In this document: positions 39,031 to 52,914 of the stretch, one piece after another
Layout: each line of letters opens with the position of its first letter
Position numbering within the stretch: position 1 is the first letter of the stretch
Source: Heterodontus francisci
Taxonomy: Eukaryota
Direction: 5' to 3'
Assembly (NCBI RefSeq): GCF_036365525.1
Contig: NC_090401.1
Coordinates: forward strand, 27,101,284-27,165,283
Length of the DNA stretch: 64,000 nucleotides
Made by a program: the position numbers and the translations under genes
Notes under the pieces: model-generated
What the model was told of the DNA's origin: nothing
The model's database searches: none
What the model saw: the letters and a program-made list of their open reading frames with translations, nothing else

Positions 39031-40493
39031 TTGAATATGTGGAACTGCTTGAATGTTAGCAGCTTAGAACTGATGTCCTTGGGTTACTAAATGTTTGATA
39101 ACATTCGGTATTCTCATAATTTATTGATGGTAAAATTGAATAGTTTGTGTATGCAGATTTCACTTTTGATAGTTTCATATTCCTTAGCAATTCATAAAGA
39201 TAGGTAGGCAAGAGTGAGTGAAGCAATAGTTAGCTTATCAAATTGCACTTGCATCGACCAGTTTGGATTGAAAGACATTTATTTTACCAATCCTCTATTA
39301 ATATACCCACAATCTGCTCAGTGAATGAATTAGTTCTTTCAAATCCTTGAAAACAATGTGAGATAAGGGTTTCCTGTCATTCAGTGCGCACCTGGTATGC
39401 GAACATCACAGGACAATTCTGTAGGTGTGTGCAAAATTTCCAAGGAGCTGCCATGATGCCTTTATCCTCCGGCAGACTCAGTTGCCCCAGCTGGCTGCCA
39501 AGGGGTATGTGGTGATGACCTGGCTGCTGACATCAGTGTGTAAGCCCATCACAGAGGCACACGGGAGGTACAGTAAATGCCTTCTAACCATCAGGGCTTG
39601 CTCAAAATGCAGTTCAGGTGTCATGATTGTTCTGGGGTGCCCTTCAGTATGGGCCAGCAAGGGTATCATGCACGGTAGTGGTGTGCTGCACCCTGCACAA
39701 CCTGGCGCTTCAAACAGGAGTGGAACCGGCACCTGAAGATGTTGGGGACAGGCCTGCTTCCTCATTGAAGGAGGACGAAGAGGAGGTTGTCCCAGCAGAA
39801 CCTGAACATTCAGTGGTGCTTATGATACATTCAGGCATAGACCCGCATGCCAGAGAAGCCTGTGACGCCCTCATCCAGGTATACTTCAACTGAAGGCATT
39901 GGACCATTATTGGTCTGATGCTATTCGTTGCCCTGCCACTCAAACTGCATACGCACAAACCACCCTCTTCCTGAAAACTGGCCTGACTAATCTGACGTCC
40001 GGGGCAGCAGCGGACCTGAAAGGAACAGGGCTGAAGAGCTCTAAAAGAAAGAACAGGTCTTGAGGCCCTTCACCTACCTGCCATCCGGGGCGGCGGCAGG
40101 CTCTCTGACTGTTTCTGCGCACGCTCTGTTTGGATTAAGTGAAAAAAAACCTAATAGTGGCATCCCTGAAATTCTGTGCGTTGATTGGTCAGTGGATGGC
40201 AGCTGTTATTGCCTGGGGATAGCTGAGATAGATTGGAGTAAAAAAAAAAGGTTCCTTTTAAATTCAAGCCCTAGGATAGCTGCCTGTAAATAATTCGTAA
40301 TTACGAGCTGTACTAGTGCTGTTTGCACAGAGTGAGGCTGTAAGTTAAATGTGGGTATTTTCACTGGCTGGGGGCGGTGGAAGGTGCTCTTTGGTCTCTT
40401 TCTTTCTCAGCCTCAAAGGTACAGGGGATAAAAGCTGATTGTAAACAGCTGGTAAGTTATTACACCAGAAAATTTTCATTGTAAAGTTAAGTA

Positions 40494-41453
40494 ATGGCAG
40501 GGTAGCTTGGCCAAGTGGCATGTGCCTCCTGTGCAATGTGGGAAGTTGTGGACGTGCCATGTGACCTTGGCAAACATGTGTGCAGAAAGTGTCTCCAGTT
40601 GCAGAAACTTGAGCTTCGGGTTTCAGAGCTCGAGCAGCGGCTGGAGTCACTGTGATGCATCTAGAAGGTGGAGGACTATGTGAATGGCATGTTGCAGGAG
40701 GTAGTCAAACCGGTGCCCAGGCAAGCACAGTCGGTGGGGGGACTGGGTGGCTGACGGACGGACAAAGAAGTCCGGGCAGGTAGTGCAGGAGTTCCCAGAG
40801 GACATCCCACTTTCTAACCGGTATTCAGTTCTGAGTACAGATGGGAAAGAGGGTTCCTCTGGAGAATGCACCGAGAGTCATAACCGGAATATCATGGGTG
40901 ACTGAGCTGTGCTGAGATGGAGAAAAAGTGACAAGAGGGCAATAGTGGTAGGGGATTCTATGGTTAGAGGAACAGATAGGTGTTTCTGTGGTCGCAGACG
41001 TGATTCCAGGATGGTATGTTGCCTCCCTGGTGCAAGGGTCATGGATATTACCGAGCGGTTACAGAGTACTCTGGAGGATGAGGGTGCATAGCCGGAGGTT
41101 GTGGTCCACATTGGTACCAATGACCTCGGTAGAAAGAGGGATGAGGTCCTGCAAAAAGAATTTAGGGAGCTAGGTAGCAGATTTAAAAAGTAGGACCTCA
41201 AGGGTTGTAATCTCTGGGTTTCTCCCGGTACCACGGGCTAGTGAGTATAGGAATAGGAAGTTAGAGCAGATGCATGGCTGAAGAGTTGGTGCAGGAGAGA
41301 GGGCTTTAGTTCCCTGGATCACTGGGCCTGTTTCTGGCGTAGGTGGGATCTGTACAACTTGGACGGGTTGCGCCTGAACCAGAACGGCACCAACATCCTT
41401 GCTGGGAGGTTTGCTAGTGCTGTTGTGGGGTGGGGGGGGGGGGGGGTGTAAAC
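40494..41453 (+). pseudogene. CR1 ORF1: zinc finger/leucine zipper plus SGNH esterase
   Basis: VACASCAMWE...HVCRKCLQLQKLELRVSELEQRLESL; AIVVGDSMVRGTD...CCLPGARV; VVVHIGTNDL; internal stops. Confidence 0.85.
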
Positions 41454-41569
41454 TAATTTGGCAGGGGGAGGGAGGTACAGTAGGGGATGATGTACAATCA
41501 AATCGAGAAGAGAAGCTAAGTCAGTTTGGAGGGCAGAGTAAATATAGACCTGTTAAGGCTCAAGCAAAT

Positions 41570-44327
41570 AATACAAGGCTGGATTGTATCTGTTTTAATG
41601 CAAGGAGTCTTACTAGTAAGGCAGATGTATTGAGGGCATTGATTAACACATGGGAATATGATATTGCTATCACTGAGACATGGTTGAGGGACGGGCAGGA
41701 CTGGCAGCTCGAAATCCCAGGGTATAGAATCTTCAGACGTGATAGGGGAGGGGGTAAAAGAGGAGGTGGCATTGCACTGTTGATTAAGGAGTCAATTACT
41801 GCAATAAGGAGGGATGATATCTTCGAAGGTTCCTCTAATGAGGCCATATAGGTAGAACTTAAAAACAAAAAGGAGGCAATCACTTGGCTGGGAGTGTACT
41901 ATACAGGCCTCCAAACAGTCAGGGAGAGATAAAGGAGCAGATATGTAGACAAATCTCAGAAAGATGCAAAAATAATAGGGGATTTCAACTTCTATATTAG
42001 AGGGGATAGTATTAGTGCAAAAGGCTTAAAAGGAGTAGAATTCTTAAAGTGCATTCAGGAGAGCATTTTGAGCCAGCACGTAGCGAGTCCTTCAAGAAGA
42101 GGAGCGGTACGGGACTTAATCCTAGGGAATGAAGCCAGACAAGTGGTAGAAGTGGCAGTGGGGGAACATTTCGGGGATAGTGACCATAACTCTAAGATTT
42201 AAGGTAGTTATGGAAAAGGACATAGAGGGACCAGAAATAAAAGTACTGAATTGGGAGAAAGCAGATTTCAATATGATAAAACAGGATCTGGCCAAAGTGG
42301 ACTGGGAGCAGCTTCTTGTAGGAAGGCCTACATCAGACCAGTGGAAGTCATTCAGAAAGGAAATAGTGAGGGTTCAGGTCCAACATGTTCCTGTAAAGGT
42401 GAAGAGTAGGACCAACAAGTCAAGGGAACCCTGGATGTCAAGGGATATTGAGGATTGGATGAAGAAAAAAAAAGGAGGCTTTGGCAGATTCAGAGCGCTG
42501 AAAACAGCGGAGGCCCTAGAGGAGTATAGAAAGTGTAGGAGGGGGTACTTAAAAAAGTAATTCGGAAAACGAAGAGGGGACATGAAAAAACACTGGCAGA
42601 CAAGATAAAGGAAAATACCAAGGCATTTTATAAGTATATTAAGGGCAAGCGGATAACCAGGGAAAGAGTGGGCCCGTTAGGGATCAAAGAGGCAATCTGT
42701 GTGTGGAGCAGGAAGACATAGGTGAGGTTTTGAATGATTACTTTTCACCTGTGTTTACTATGGAGAGGGACGATGTAGGTATAGTGATCAGGGAGGGGGA
42801 TTGTGGTATACTTGAACAAATTAACATTGAAAAGGAGGAAGTATTAGCTGTATTAGCGGGCTCAAATGTGAATAAGTCCGCAGGCCCAGATGAGATGTAT
42901 CCCAGGCTGCTATGTGAGGCAAGGGAGGAGATAGCAGGGGCTCTGACACAAATTTTCAAATCCTCTCTGGCCACAGGAGAGGCAGCAGAGTACTGGCGAA
43001 CAGTGAATGTGGTACCATTATTCAAGAAGGTAGCAGGGATAAACCAGGTAATTACAGGCCGGTGAGTCTAACATCAGTGGTAGGGAAACTATTGGAAAAA
43101 ATTCTGAGGGACAGGATTAATCTCCACTTGGAGAGGCAGGGAATAATCAGGGATAGTCAGCATGGCTTTGTCGGGGGAAGGTTGTGTCTAACAAACTTGA
43201 TTAAATTTTTCGAGGAGGAGACTAGATGTGTAGATGAGGGTAAAGTAGTCTACATGAACTTCAGTAAGGCTTTTGACAAGGTCCCACATGGGAGATTGGT
43301 TAAGAAGGTAAGAGCCCATGGGATCCAGGGCAATTTGGCAAATTGGATCCAAAATTGGCTTAGTATCAGGAGGCAGAGGGTGATGGTCGATGGTTGTTTT
43401 TGCGACTGTAAGCCTGTGACCAGTGGGATACCACAGGGATCGGTGCTGGGACCCTTACTGTTTGTAGTGTACATTAATGATTTAGACGTGAATACAGGAG
43501 GTAGGATCAGTAAGTTTGCAGATGACACGAAAATTGGTGGTGTCGTAAATAGTGAGGAGGAAAGCCTTAGATTACAGGGTGATATAGTTGGGCTGGTAAG
43601 ATGGGCAGAGCAGTGGCAGATGGAATTTAATCCTGAAAAGTGTGAGGTATTGCACTTTGGGGGGACTAACAAAGCAAGGGAATATACAATGGATGGTAGG
43701 ACCCTAGGGAGTACTGTGGGTCAGAGGGTGCTTGTCCATAGATCACTGAAGGCAGCAGCACAGGTAGATAAGGTGGTTAGGAAGGCATATGGGATACTTG
43801 CCTTTATTAGCCAAGGCATAGAATATAAGAGCAGGGAGGTTATGTTAGAGCTGTATTAAACGCTAGTTAGGCCACAGCTGGAGTACTGTGTACAGTTCTG
43901 GTCGACACACTATAGGAAGGATGTGATTGCACTGGAGAGGGTGCAGGGGAGATTCACCAGGATTTTACCTGAGCTGGAGCATTTCAGCTAGGATTGGGTT
44001 GTTTTCCTTGGAGTGGAGAAGGCTGAGGGGGTACCTAATTGAGGTATATAAAATTATGAGGGGCATTGATAGGATAGATAGGAAGAAATGTTTTCCTTCG
44101 CGGAGGGGTCCATAACCAGGAGGCATAGATTTAAGGTAAGGGGCAGGAGGTTTAGAGGAGATTTGAGGAAAGAAAATTTCACCCAGAGGGTGGTTGGAAT
44201 CTGGAACACACTGCCTGAAGAGGTGGTCGAGGCAGGAACCCTCACAACATTTAAGAAGTATTTAGATGAGCACTTGAAATGCCATAGCATACAAGGCTAT
44301 GGGCCAAGTGCGGGAAAATGGGATTAG
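41570..44327 (+). pseudogene. CR1 ORF2: APE endonuclease plus reverse transcriptase, frameshifted
   Basis: [47 protein letters not shown]. Confidence 0.92.
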
Positions 44328-46250
44328 ATTGGATGGGTGCTTGATGGTCGGCGCAGACGCATTGGGCTGAAGGGCTGTGCTGTAAAACTCTATGACTATG
44401 ACAAACAAAGCTCCCCATTCTGAGAAATCTTAAACTTTTATGTTCTCTGCCCTGCATTGAGAATCCACATTCTCATACTTTACTCCACACATGGTCAATG
44501 TGGGATTGGAAATAAAGCACACCATGACACTTGCGAGGGAATGCAAGATGTGGCTCTTGGAAATAAATGTTCATCATCCCTCTATAACATTAGAAGCTGC
44601 AGCCAAGTGAAGCCCTTTGGGCCACCAAGACAGTTCCAGCATCCTGTTTCTCTTACTTCTAAGTGGTGCTGCTCCTGTGGCTACGGTAGAGCTGGGGGCA
44701 GCCTGCTTGTTTCTAGGCTGTGACACTCTAGATGCTAATAGTGGATATTCTCCGGGTTGTGCAATTTGTGGGGGCCCCTCCAAAGATTGTCCAAATGCAT
44801 ATGTGCAGTGGGAGCCTCAGTCATGGGGTTAGGAGTCAGCTGTATACCTCTGTCAGAGGGGCTGCGAGAAGGTCTGTGACCTAGCAGTACCTTGAGGAGA
44901 GCCCCCAGTGCCATAATTCCTGTCTATCTCTTCCCTCCCAAGGCTGCATGTCCTTGTTAACCAAGTGCGAGTGAGCACTTAGATGCATTTGAATGTAGAG
45001 TTTTGCCATAAAGGTGACTCTTTGATCAATGCTTTTCAAGAAAAATTTAGGGATGAGGACTTTTATGAGTTCAATCTTCACTTAGGATGTATGCATGACA
45101 TTTGAGGGGGCTCAGTGTGGGATGGGGAGTGCTAGATCAGCAAATGCAGCGACAGTGTCATTGCTATATATGGAGATATACAGTTAAGGTGGAGCCTGGA
45201 CAGACATTCTTATGTGTGGTTGCAAATAGAGTGATTCAAAGGATATGTGTGCTGGAGAAGGCTAGAGGTGAGAGAGTGATGGTTGTCAGCTGAAACTTGC
45301 ATGCCTCTCACCTTGCTGGATCTCAAGAGGTCATTGAAGTCCTGCACTGGATCCATGTCTTCCGTCCCACAGTCCGACCGACTACTCACCCCGTCTGCAA
45401 CCTCCAGACATGCCTGTTTGGTGAGGTTGGCTGGCCTCCTCCTGCCATGCTCTGGAAAGAGCACCTGCCCCTGTGCTCTCGTAGCTTCCACCATGACCTC
45501 TAGTGTCGTGTCCATAAATTGTGAGGCTGCCCTTCCTCTTCTGGCATCCATCTTTCGCTTCTGCAAATTTGCTACCCACAGTTCTGCCACTGTGAGTGCT
45601 GCAGTGCCCCTTTTAAATACTCAGTCCTCATTCAGGCTTTTGACTGCATCTCCCACCTGCTACACCTCATTGGATGCCAATCATGCAGGCGTGCTCCCAA
45701 TTGACTGGCCCCTGCAAAGTTTACCCGGAAGGCCTGCTACTCTCAGGGTCACGTTGCTGACCGGATATGATCCAGATACTCATCAAAAACTAAGTCCATA
45801 AGATTCCACCCTGTGTCGTGGTGAAGTGGATTATAATCCTAGTCCCTTTTTGGAACTATCCTGGATCAGGTGTACTCCCCAGATGATCACTCGCACTTAA
45901 GGTTGAGAAAGACAGATCTCACAGTCACTTGATTGGGTCTGAGGAACTGATCTAACTCTCCCCAAAGGAAAGGAACCAGCTGAAGATATTCCCATCTTCC
46001 AGGCAGCGTTTTTAACAAGTTTTAGCCAGATTATAACAACCCGCATATTATAAGGGTTCGGGCATCTCTGTTCAATAATGTACCTCCCACTAAAGAGTGT
46101 ACAGAGATGGGTTCTAGAATTGAGATATAGAAGACTGTATGACACAATATATTTTCTAAATTATATATGTATTCAAGAACTGAACATGCAATTCACACTT
46201 TGATGGGTAAAACAATTGCAATGTTGATAGTTCCAGGAAAAGAAAGACAG

Positions 46251-48607
46251 TGTAGGGCGTGATATTCCCCTGCGCAGTCTCACTTGGGTTCGGAGCCGTA
46301 CTCTAGACATAACAGGAATAAATGACTCAACACCAAATAATGTGTTAAAACAGTAATTTTATTGAGTAATTATTCAGTAATTATTGAACAATTATTAATA
46401 AACAAGGAAAGAAAGATAACTTTATTCAAAAGAAAGGAAGGAAAAGAGTGTAGAAAGATAAAAAACTTGTACACACTGCTATAACACCAAATTAGTCTGT
46501 TCACGACAGCTCCCAATTTTGGTTCTGTTCTCCCTTGGTACATACATAACCAAGTCTCTGGAGAATCTTGCACAGGGGTGGACTCTGTGGTCAGTCACTC
46601 TACCGACGTCCATTCCTCCGTAGTCTTCAGTGGTTGACTAGTCCACTCTGGCTATAGCCCTGCACATTGGATGCTATGCCCCTTTAAGTCCAATTTCTGG
46701 CTCTCTGAGGCATCCCTCAGACTTTCTCAAAACAAGAGTCTGACAACCATGAGTCCTTATCAAATTCTTCTCACAGGCATTACGAGGCTGTTCAGGCTGT
46801 TGATGCATCCTTTGATGATGTCTCTCACCTGCCATCAATTAGCTTATATTGTCCATCAATTAAATTACATCTTCTGATACCACACCATAGTGGACCACCC
46901 CATGTGTAAATTTATCCATTGTCCTGGCTTGCAGTTCAAGGGTTTTCGAATACCCTAAGAACTGACTTCTGTTTAAACAATGGGAGACCACTGTTATTTT
47001 CAAGAAAACAGTCGTTTAGACAAAACAACAGCTGTGCAAGGCCTACCCTAACCAGCATGAAAACAAAAGGAAAACGTTCTTAGAAAAACAATTTCATAGT
47101 TAATACTGATTGCCATTGATTACATAATTGATTAATTACTTGACTTAATCAGAGCACAATCACACTTCGTTTTAAAACATTGTCTACAAAGTAACCTTTA
47201 AAAATCCACTGCAGGTTTAATATAGTTTTTAAAAAAAGCAAAAGCAATGCAGAAGTAAAATGCAAAATATAAAATGTACAAAAAGTAGTGTCTGCAGGCC
47301 TCAGGTCTACAAAAGTATCATCTTATTCCTTGTAAAGAATCCAAGTTTTAAGACTAAATAATGTTACAGTAAAAGATTTAAGAGATCCATCAAAATTTAA
47401 AGCAGCATTTACCTTAGATTCCCGTGTAGAACGCTACAGAGTTTAGCGAGATACCTCTATCTCAATTAAGGGGAGAACTATCGTCGCTGTACCAGGTAGC
47501 CCGTACCTTTACCATGAGAAAGGCTGTAATGAATCCAAAGATTCATAAAGATCCACTGTATGATTCCAATATTTATACTATTTCTAAGCTGCATAATTTT
47601 TTTAACGTATTTAAGGTTACTTCTCTTGCAAGTAGGTTCAACCCCTTCTATTTCCCAAAAAAGACTGTATAACTGTCAATTTCGAGTTGAAATCCACATG
47701 ATTTAATTTCTAAGTAAAGGCTGAGTTCACAGGAAGCTGTGAGCACGGATATTGGTCAATATCTCTAAAGCTAGCAGGATAGTGCATTTCCTAACAACAC
47801 AATAGTGCTTTAAGGTTAAAACTCAGTTTCCTGGATTCATTTGACAGGTAAGTTAACTGCATCCATAGAAAACAATACCATCCATTGTTAGGTTGTGGCA
47901 AGTTTCAATGATTATGTACAAGACTTGTATTGTCAGGACTTTTCTGATGTAAATATGTTTCTGCTTTTCAAAAGTGAGTTCCTGTTTTTCAGAACCTGCC
48001 ATTATGTTCTTAGAAAGAGGCAATTATGCTACGTCCTTGACTGCAGGGACATGTTACAGGCATGCTTATGAGACTTTTTTTAACCTTCCAGGCAGATCAA
48101 TCCGGCCTTTAATTTTTTAATCCCTAATTCATAGGAAAATAACTCTTTTAAACTTAGAACCCCTTATTATGGCCAGATTCCTTCACATTGGTATCCAGTT
48201 TTTTCATCAAAGATAAGACACAAGGTGTTTCACACAAGTATGAGGGAATTTGACATGTATGTTTCCTCAAGAGTTTTTTTACAGAAATGGGGAGATATGA
48301 CATCTCTATTCCCCTAAATTTTGTTCTAAATGATTGCAGGGGTAATAGCTTTTAACACTGGTATGGGATATCTATTAAATAAACAAGCCTTTCTGGGGTC
48401 AGTATTTAAGACCTTTTATGGCTTTTAGCATAGAAAGTTTTTATGGCTTAATTATCTGGGAACTTCTGTGGCTAAAAGCTTGGGTGATGATTTGAATTAG
48501 CTTGCTTCTCAGCATTCATTCAACAGCTGAACTCCATTTTGTGGACAGCTTCTAAGCTGAAACTCTACTTTAGACACTCAGGCAATTTACAGGGCATTTC
48601 CCCCACA
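46251..48607 (-). mobile_element. Putative long solo LTR (2357 bp)
   Basis: Minus strand begins TGTGGGGG and ends CCCTACA (imperfect inverted TG..CA termini); minus-strand AATAAA ~110 bp from the 3' end (~46358-46363). No clean TSD. Confidence 0.5.
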
Positions 48608-48695
48608 AACCTTGCATAAATCCAAAATAGGCTGGGATAGGGCAAAATGTTTGTGGTAACAAAGCAGAGGTTTTTTGCTGCGCATTAGGACTGTA

Positions 48696-49285
48696 CTAGC
48701 AGAGACCCATAAAACATTTGCAGTGAAATCAGTATCTTTATTGCATCAGTACTTCTTTAAATACAGGATTTCTACTTATTCTTTCACCAAAGACTTTAAC
48801 AGAATCAAAACTTCTCACTCTGGAAAAAGCTACATAAAGCTGTCCCTGTGTAAAAACAGGCCTAGGAATATAAACACAAATTTTGTCAAAAGTTTGGCCT
48901 TGTGACTTGTTTATAGTCATAGAATATGAAAGTCTAATTGGGAAAACTCTTTTCTCCTAATTTGAAAAGGCAGGTTTATATCTAATGGGCTCAATATTAT
49001 TTGAGGAATAAACACTGTCTCCTTGAAATCTGCCTATGATAATTTCAGTATCTCTCATCAAACAGCTTCATATCACATTATAAGTGCTCCTTCCTTGATT
49101 GTCTAAGTTTATGCAGTGACATTCCCATTGAAGTTAGACTGTAAAAACTCTGGAGTGTATAGACTATTATCATCTTTGTTTATAGAATCAACGCTGATGT
49201 ATTCTTTAAATTCCTCTGACAGCTTTTCTAAATTTTTTTCATTCTAATCTAGTGAATCGTCATTTTTTAGCGCAAACAATTGTTT
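48696..49285 (-). mobile_element. Helitron 3' remnant: C-terminus of the PIF1-like helicase plus CTAG terminus
   Basis: [43 protein letters not shown] (48738..48920 and upstream), YTPEFLQS; minus-strand end gggtctctgCTAG|t about 40 bp after the stop. Confidence 0.88.
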
Positions 49286-50748
49286 TCAAATAATAAGTTG
49301 TATCATATAAATGTCCTCACCATTTTGCCACACTTAACTAATTCCATCATCACCTCAACTCATCCCATGCCACACCCTCCCTCCCATGCTTTCCGCATTC
49401 CATTCCTTCCATCCATCCCATCTGATCCCATCCTCTCTTGCCATCCCCATCCCTCCCATTAATCCCAATCTCTTCAGTCAGGGTTACCACAAATCAAAGC
49501 TCATGATGGTTATAAAATCCCATACAAACATTGTCACTGGGATTTCAACATAACCTGACTATAGACATGTAAATGTTTATTCACTTGAATAGTGAAAGCT
49601 GGTAGTACAATTATAGATTTTTGTCCTTCCAAACCTGGGTTAGGTCTGGAGAAACTGTGGTGAAGGCTGGGTGGTTATAAATCTCTCACTGATTGATTAT
49701 GTAAGTAGTGGGAATAATTTAAACTGGTGTAACACTCAAACATTTTGGGTTCTGTGCACTACAGGCAAGATTGCATTGATCCAGGTATGTTAAATAGGTC
49801 TAGAGATAATACATCCACAGATACCAATCATATCCCTCTCTGCACAATGGAATACTATTAAGTATCTCATATCACACTCTTCCCTTCTGCTGTTTCTGAC
49901 TCCACCGTCACCACCAATCATTGGCAGTGATGTGAGTGTCACATGCTCCAGTCCTGTGCATACCCCACATGCCTCTGTGTGCGCCAGACTCCACCCACTA
50001 AATCAACCTACCGACCAACCAGAACAGTCCAAACAACCAAAATCCAAATATTGTTATCACGGATGTTTTTACTTCAACGAAGAAGGAAGCATGTTCACCT
50101 GGTTGTATTGAACTAAGTTGGTGACCTACAAATAGGAGAACATTTGTGACATAAAATTAAATTCAGTGCAGTAACAGGAAAAGAAAAGAAGTTGAGGACA
50201 AGGGTACTGACTAGATAAAGGGGGAATTGAGCAAGATATTATGGAATCAAATAAAATGGAAGGAAAAATTGGCAAATTTAACTAGTTAGCTATTGAGGGG
50301 TTAGCTCTAAGGTAACATTGCCAACATTAATAGTCTCGGACTCTAGCCATTGCTATAATTAATATTCAGCATTCATTATTATAGATTTACAAGTAATGAA
50401 CTGAATTGCCCATGTAACTTCCATTACTTTGGTACGTAACTCTGTCCATTAATGATCAGCTATTCACACTACTAGATAATTCTGACTGCATCTTTTCACA
50501 TCTATTAAGCGCTCATGCACCCAAGCTTAAGTTTTGACTTTGTGATCAATAAATAACCCTGGTTCTTTAATGTTGTCTTTGATGATTTGTCAAGGAAGAA
50601 TTAATTTATTCACTCAGCACCTTGTGGATATCTTAATAGAGGAGTGGTAAAATAAAGGGTTGTGGCAATTTGCAGGACAGTGCTCCTACAATGCCTCATG
50701 AAAAAGGTCTGAATTATAAGGGGAAATAAGAGACTGGAGCTTTTCAGC

Positions 50749-51546
50749 TGTCACGAAAACGTGCTAGGTCGAATGATTGATTATTTTTGAATCCACCGGT
50801 TGAAAACCTGAATATTAAACTGGTGGAGACGAACCACTCAAACCTTACATGTTTCAAACTCTGTCTGCTGACTGTGGGCATTGAGGCATTTTGCCTGCTG
50901 CAGACTGTGGTGGCCTGTGGTTTGATTGATCTGTGTTTGATGATATTAGTCTGTTCACCGATTGATGCACACTGTGCTTGGTGACTTGAGCCTGCGGGGG
51001 AGCTATTGAGCAGTTTACATTAAATTTCCGAAAGAGAACATACCGAAACCTCCTTCAGTTACACAGTTTAGAGAACTTTCCGGAAAGGACAGATCGAGAT
51101 CTCCTTCGCAAAGGAAAACAGCCACTTTGCTGTCTGAATCACTGCCCACCTCTTCAAACTGAAAACCTTAGGACTACCAAATTCAGCCTGAAGCCAGCTA
51201 AGTCAGTAACCTTCACAGACTGTATACCCCTTTTATTTCTCTGGACTCTAATTTGACCAAACTATCTTCCCAACTTTGAAACCTAGTTGTGTGTATATGT
51301 GTGTCAAAGTAGGAACGTATTTTATTATTTTAACCAAGATTGGTTTAAGTACAATGAAGCTAACCTTTTTTTTTGTTCAACGCAAGAAAACCTGTCCAAT
51401 TGGCTCTTTCTATGATCATGGCACGTAAACAAGTAAACACTCACAGAATTGGCAAGTATATCCTGTTAAATAAAGCAATAAATGTGGTCAAACATGAAGA
51501 GGGAGAAGAGGTAGCCCCTTCGACCCCTCCTCACCTGATCGTAACA
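50749..51546 (+). mobile_element. Solo LTR (798 bp), related at its terminus to 12318-13125
   Basis: TGTCAC...GTAACA with 4-bp TSD cagc (50745-50748 and 51547-51550); AATAAA at ~51470-51482; splits a decayed CR1 3' fragment. Confidence 0.85.
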
Positions 51547-52914
51547 CAGCCTGAAAAGAAAGAATCTTTAAAAAATGATCATACAAGTGTATAAGATTGA
51601 AAATGGAATAGATGGGAAGACGCTTGTGTGGAACATGTCCTCTGGAATAGACCTTGTTAGCCTGTTTCGGTGGTGGACATTCTATGTAAAACTATCTTCT
51701 CCACTGCAAATTTGTTTTCTAACAGTGAGAGTTGACTGTGATATCTGTTTATTGCATTTAAGTACACAGGACCAGATAGAGTGATTTGTTGGAATGAACT
51801 GTTCCAGCAGGCATATTAGAAAAGCTACTTAAAGTTCTCAACAATCTTTTTCTACATTATCTTCAACTGAATGTAATTATGCTGAAGTTCCACTATTAAA
51901 TCAATACACAATTGTACATTTAAATTTTAAAAGATAATTGAAGTTGAAAACGGGATTGAATATGGAGAAATGTTAATTGAAAATTTACGTTGACTGTTTA
52001 TGATTTCCATTATATTCATGCTGCTTTGCAAAGAAAAAGTGCTAACTTCATCTTAAAACCACAGCATTGTTTATAGTAGCAATATGATTTCAAACTCTCC
52101 TGTTTCAAATTTAGCAGTGGTAATAAGATACAAAAAAACCCCATTGTGTTCGCTAAAAGCGTGGTTTTAAACCAATATGCTTTCTCTGCAGATACATCAA
52201 TAAGTTTAACTGAAAAAAGCGAAGTCAGTTGTCAGAACTGTCAAAGCCCATTAGTAAAAATGGGAAATTGTGCTGCAGGTGTTCAAGAAACAAGCATGAA
52301 AAATCTGCATGAAATGAACCACCTTTCCATTAATTTCAATTGTGAAAGACAAGTGCTTCACGCAGCGACAAACATATTATTGTGCATTTCAAAAGAAAAT
52401 CTTTTGAACAAACTAAAACATACCTTAAAATGGGAATACAGATAGAAATTCAGTGTTGCCATGCATATCGTACAGGAAGTACATAGAGACATCTTTAATC
52501 ACAACAAAAGCATTGAGTCATATGAGTATCCCCGGAATGGTTTAGTGGGCAAATGAACTGCCAATATGGTACTGAGCTATACAGACAAGAAAGGTCCTTG
52601 TTTTGATCCCTAAAGTACAACAAGTTAGAGGATCTCAACCTTGGCTAATATAGATGGATGCAGTAATGATCCTCGATGCTAACCTCTAAGAAAGCTGCCC
52701 ACAGTGTCGCAGACTTCCCCTTTACCATCATCAGTTTGAATCAATTCAAGAGCATCTCCAGGCATCAAGCAACAGTGATGTTATAATGTCATCAAGTAGA
52801 GTAAGCAACCAATCACATTTCAGTATTCTCACAGACAGCAAAGCAACAAGTTTAAAACCTTCACTGTTAATTAAAAAAAAATTACAGATTGTGAAATGAT
52901 TGGGACTTCCACAT

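Larger units (their letters stand above)
39961..44400 (+). mobile_element. Full-length CR1 LINE (4.44 kb), inactivated
   Basis: 5' UTR, ORF1, ORF2 (APE plus RT), tail ctctatgactatg; 6-bp TSD acaaac (39955-39960 and 44401-44406). Confidence 0.92.
39360..45811. mobile_element. Second decayed Harbinger (transposase 39360-39893 +, Myb/SANT exon 45312-45551 -), split by a full-length CR1
   Basis: CAKFPRSCHDAFIL, GALQYGPARVSCTVVVCCTLHNLA; QFMDTTLEVMVEATRAQGQVLFPEHGRRRPANLTKQACLEVA with AAG|GTGAGA donor; TIR-like aagattccaccc ending 45811. Confidence 0.8.

Noticed and set aside
45814-46144. Possible 331-bp solo LTR (tgtcgt...atgaca)
   Set aside because: No matching TSD and no second copy in the window; the termini could be chance.
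48738-48920. Host PIF1 helicase exon
   Set aside because: Intronless, frameshifted upstream, and followed by a Helitron-type CTAG end.
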